A DNA stretch of 64,000 bases, from positions 2,604,001 to 2,668,000 of the forward strand of contig CDRNST010000090.1 of the NCBI GenBank assembly GCA_977016875.1, written 5' to 3'. Below the pieces are notes generated by a model. That model had not been told where the DNA came from and made no database searches. It saw nothing but the letters and a program-made list of their open reading frames with translations. Below, in pieces: positions 61,826 through 64,000 of this stretch (its first letter is position 1; each line of letters starts with the position of its first letter). Source of the DNA: Pavona decussata (taxonomy: Eukaryota). The position numbers and the translations under genes were made by a program.

Positions 61826-64000
61826 TTAAAGGTGATCAAGGAGAGGTTTCCATTTTTCAGGAGGGTCGTTGGAACCGTTTTTGTCAATTTCATAGGTTTT
61901 CTTTAGAAAACGTAGAAATTGTGGAAAGTTGGGAATTTCGTTTTTCATTTTGCAAAGCCAAATGTGATATCTGCTCATCAAACAGCAAAAATTAATTTGG
62001 AGCTTAGCATCTGAGGTGTCAGGGCTAAGGCCTAAGGCAGTGATCATGTCAAGGTTTTCGTTCTGAATTAGTGAGCAAGCACGTAGCCAGTTGAATATAC
62101 TTTTCCAAAAAAGAGAAGTTAACGTGCAATTCCAGAAAATATGAAGCAAAGTTTCGGTTTCTCCTCCACAGAAAGTGCAACGATCGTTATCTCTAGCTGA
62201 AATTTTAAATAGAAAGGAGTTTGTTGCAAGACGTCGATGGAGAAGTTTAAATTGGAAAATAATAATCGTGGTGCTTTTTGTGCACGTTCTTGCCAGTTGA
62301 AAAGTTTTTTTCCAATCAATTTCATCTTCTAGTTTACAATCGTTCTGCCATTTCGCTTGAGAACTTAGCGGCTTCTCACTCTTAAGTGCTACAAGGTTTC
62401 TATAAACTAAGTTGCTGGGTTTTTTCGTCACCAAGAATGATTTGTTGAAAGGCTTGACATCTTCTTTTTCAATATTGATTATATTGTTTTTGAATCGTTC
62501 CCTCAGGGATTTCAGTGTTGAGATGATTCCGTTAAAAGCGAGAAAGCAGGGTTTAAGTGAATATTTGGTTTGGAACTCTTTATAGGAAAGGAATGTGGTT
62601 GGGTTTTTCTTCAGGTGCTCTATCGATAAAATTCCTTCCTTGAGCCATTGTCGAATAAAAGCAGGTTTGCGATCAATTCTAATCAGAGAATTATTCCAGA
62701 GAGGTTGCTCATTGTAATGTTGCAAGGAGAGTATATTGTCGGTATGATTAACCTCAGCCCAGATCTGCAATATCTCATTGATGAATGTATCGGAAGTTTG
62801 GAAAGAGCGCTTAGTATCTGTCTTGTCCAGGTTGCCTAGGAACACCGCCTCTCCACCATATCTACTGAGTTCCAAATCGAAGAAAAGTTTCCATTTTCCT
62901 AAATTTGTTTTATCGAGATATTTTTTGATCCAAATAGTTTTCAAGGATTTATTAAACGAGAAAAGATCAATCATTTTCAGGCCGCCGTTATTGTACTCAT
63001 TGATCATAATATTTCTTTTAATCTTATCTGGTTTCCCATCCCAGAGGAAAAGATAGAAAGCATTGTTTATTTTTCTAATAGCTTGGTCATTTGTTTGGAG
63101 GGGAGAAAGGATATGAACCAGCTGTGAAGCGATTAGACTTTTTAATATCGTGATTTTCCCGAGTAGGCTTAGTCTTCGGTATTGCCAGTTTCTTAGTAAA
63201 TTCAGAACTTTTTCCGTTTTTTCTTGGAAATTCAAATTCGCAGTTTCTTCAGGGTCTATTGAAAGCCAAACTCCAAGTGCTTTGATTTTTATTTGCTGCC
63301 ATTTAAAACCTTTCTCTGGACATAAAACCTCTGGACTTCTCGCCATAACGCTTCAGTCTTTTTGCTATTGAGTTTAAGACCAGATATTTTACTAAATTTT
63401 CCAATAACATCGAGTGAACTTTCTAGTGCACTCTTTGTGCCATCGAGAATTAGAGTGGTATCATCTGCATATTGGCTTAATTTGATTTCTTTTTGGCCGA
63501 CTGACACGCCTTTTATATTCGGGTCTCTTCGGATTGCGCTAGCTAAAACTTCTACCGAAAGAACAAATAAATATGGGGAGAGGGGGCAGCCTTGCCTTAC
63601 GCCTCTTTCTATTTTAAAGCAGTCGCTCGTCCACCCGTTGTTTATTACGCAGCTTTCAATATCATTATAGAGAGTTTTAATCCATTTCTGGATTGAAGGA
63701 CCAAAGCCATAGTGTTGTAAGGTTTTTTCAATGAAAGGCCATTCTAGTGTGTCAAATGCTTTTTCAAAATCTAAAAGCAAAATCAGACCAGGAATGTTTT
63801 TGTTTGCGGTGTAATTTATGACACTGTCAATCAGTCGTATGTTTTCACCAATGAACCTTCCTTTAATAAATCCTGTTTGATCATTATTGACAAGTTTCGG
63901 AAGAATTGACTGGATTCTGTTTGCAATTGACTTCGCAGCTATTTTATAGTCGCAATTTAGTAAAGATAAAGGTCGCCAATTTTTAAGGGTTTTTAGGTCT
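61826..64000 (-). mobile_element. L1/Tx1-clade LINE 'C' ORF2 (RT plus C-terminal zinc finger), continues beyond the window
   Basis: NWRPLSLLN.DYK, DQTGF, LDFEKAFD, GVRQGCPLSP, QYADD and CTFC..ET..HIFWNC. One small frameshifting deletion at ~63345. Confidence 0.93.

Overview
AT-rich eukaryotic genomic DNA, almost certainly animal. The SINE/MITE and transposon repertoire suggests a cnidarian such as a stony coral (inference). I found no intact host gene, rRNA, convincing functional tRNA or CRISPR array. The window is a dense pile of nested, mostly decayed transposons. In order: a Sola3 end with a transposase fragment; a CR1/L2-group LINE; an IS3EU-like integrase next to a SAM-like gene; a MULE/SWIM transposase remnant followed by a multi-exon Ulp1/SENP SUMO-protease domain, one intron of which holds two nested L1/Tx1 LINEs; a stand-alone HIRAN-like ORF; a P-element transposase; a PIF1 helicase remnant; a Gypsy pol split by a non-autonomous Sola3 with ~1.3-kb TIRs; three PIF/Harbinger-family elements nested inside each other's transposase genes, the innermost (Pangu-like) apparently intact; an Academ element interrupted by a BEL/Pao LTR element; and a final L1/Tx1 LINE. 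Most notable are the SENP domain apparently carried by a transposon, the intact innermost element of the triple nest, and a strong minus-strand bias reminiscent of a uni-strand piRNA cluster. All family names come from motif recognition by eye, not database searches.
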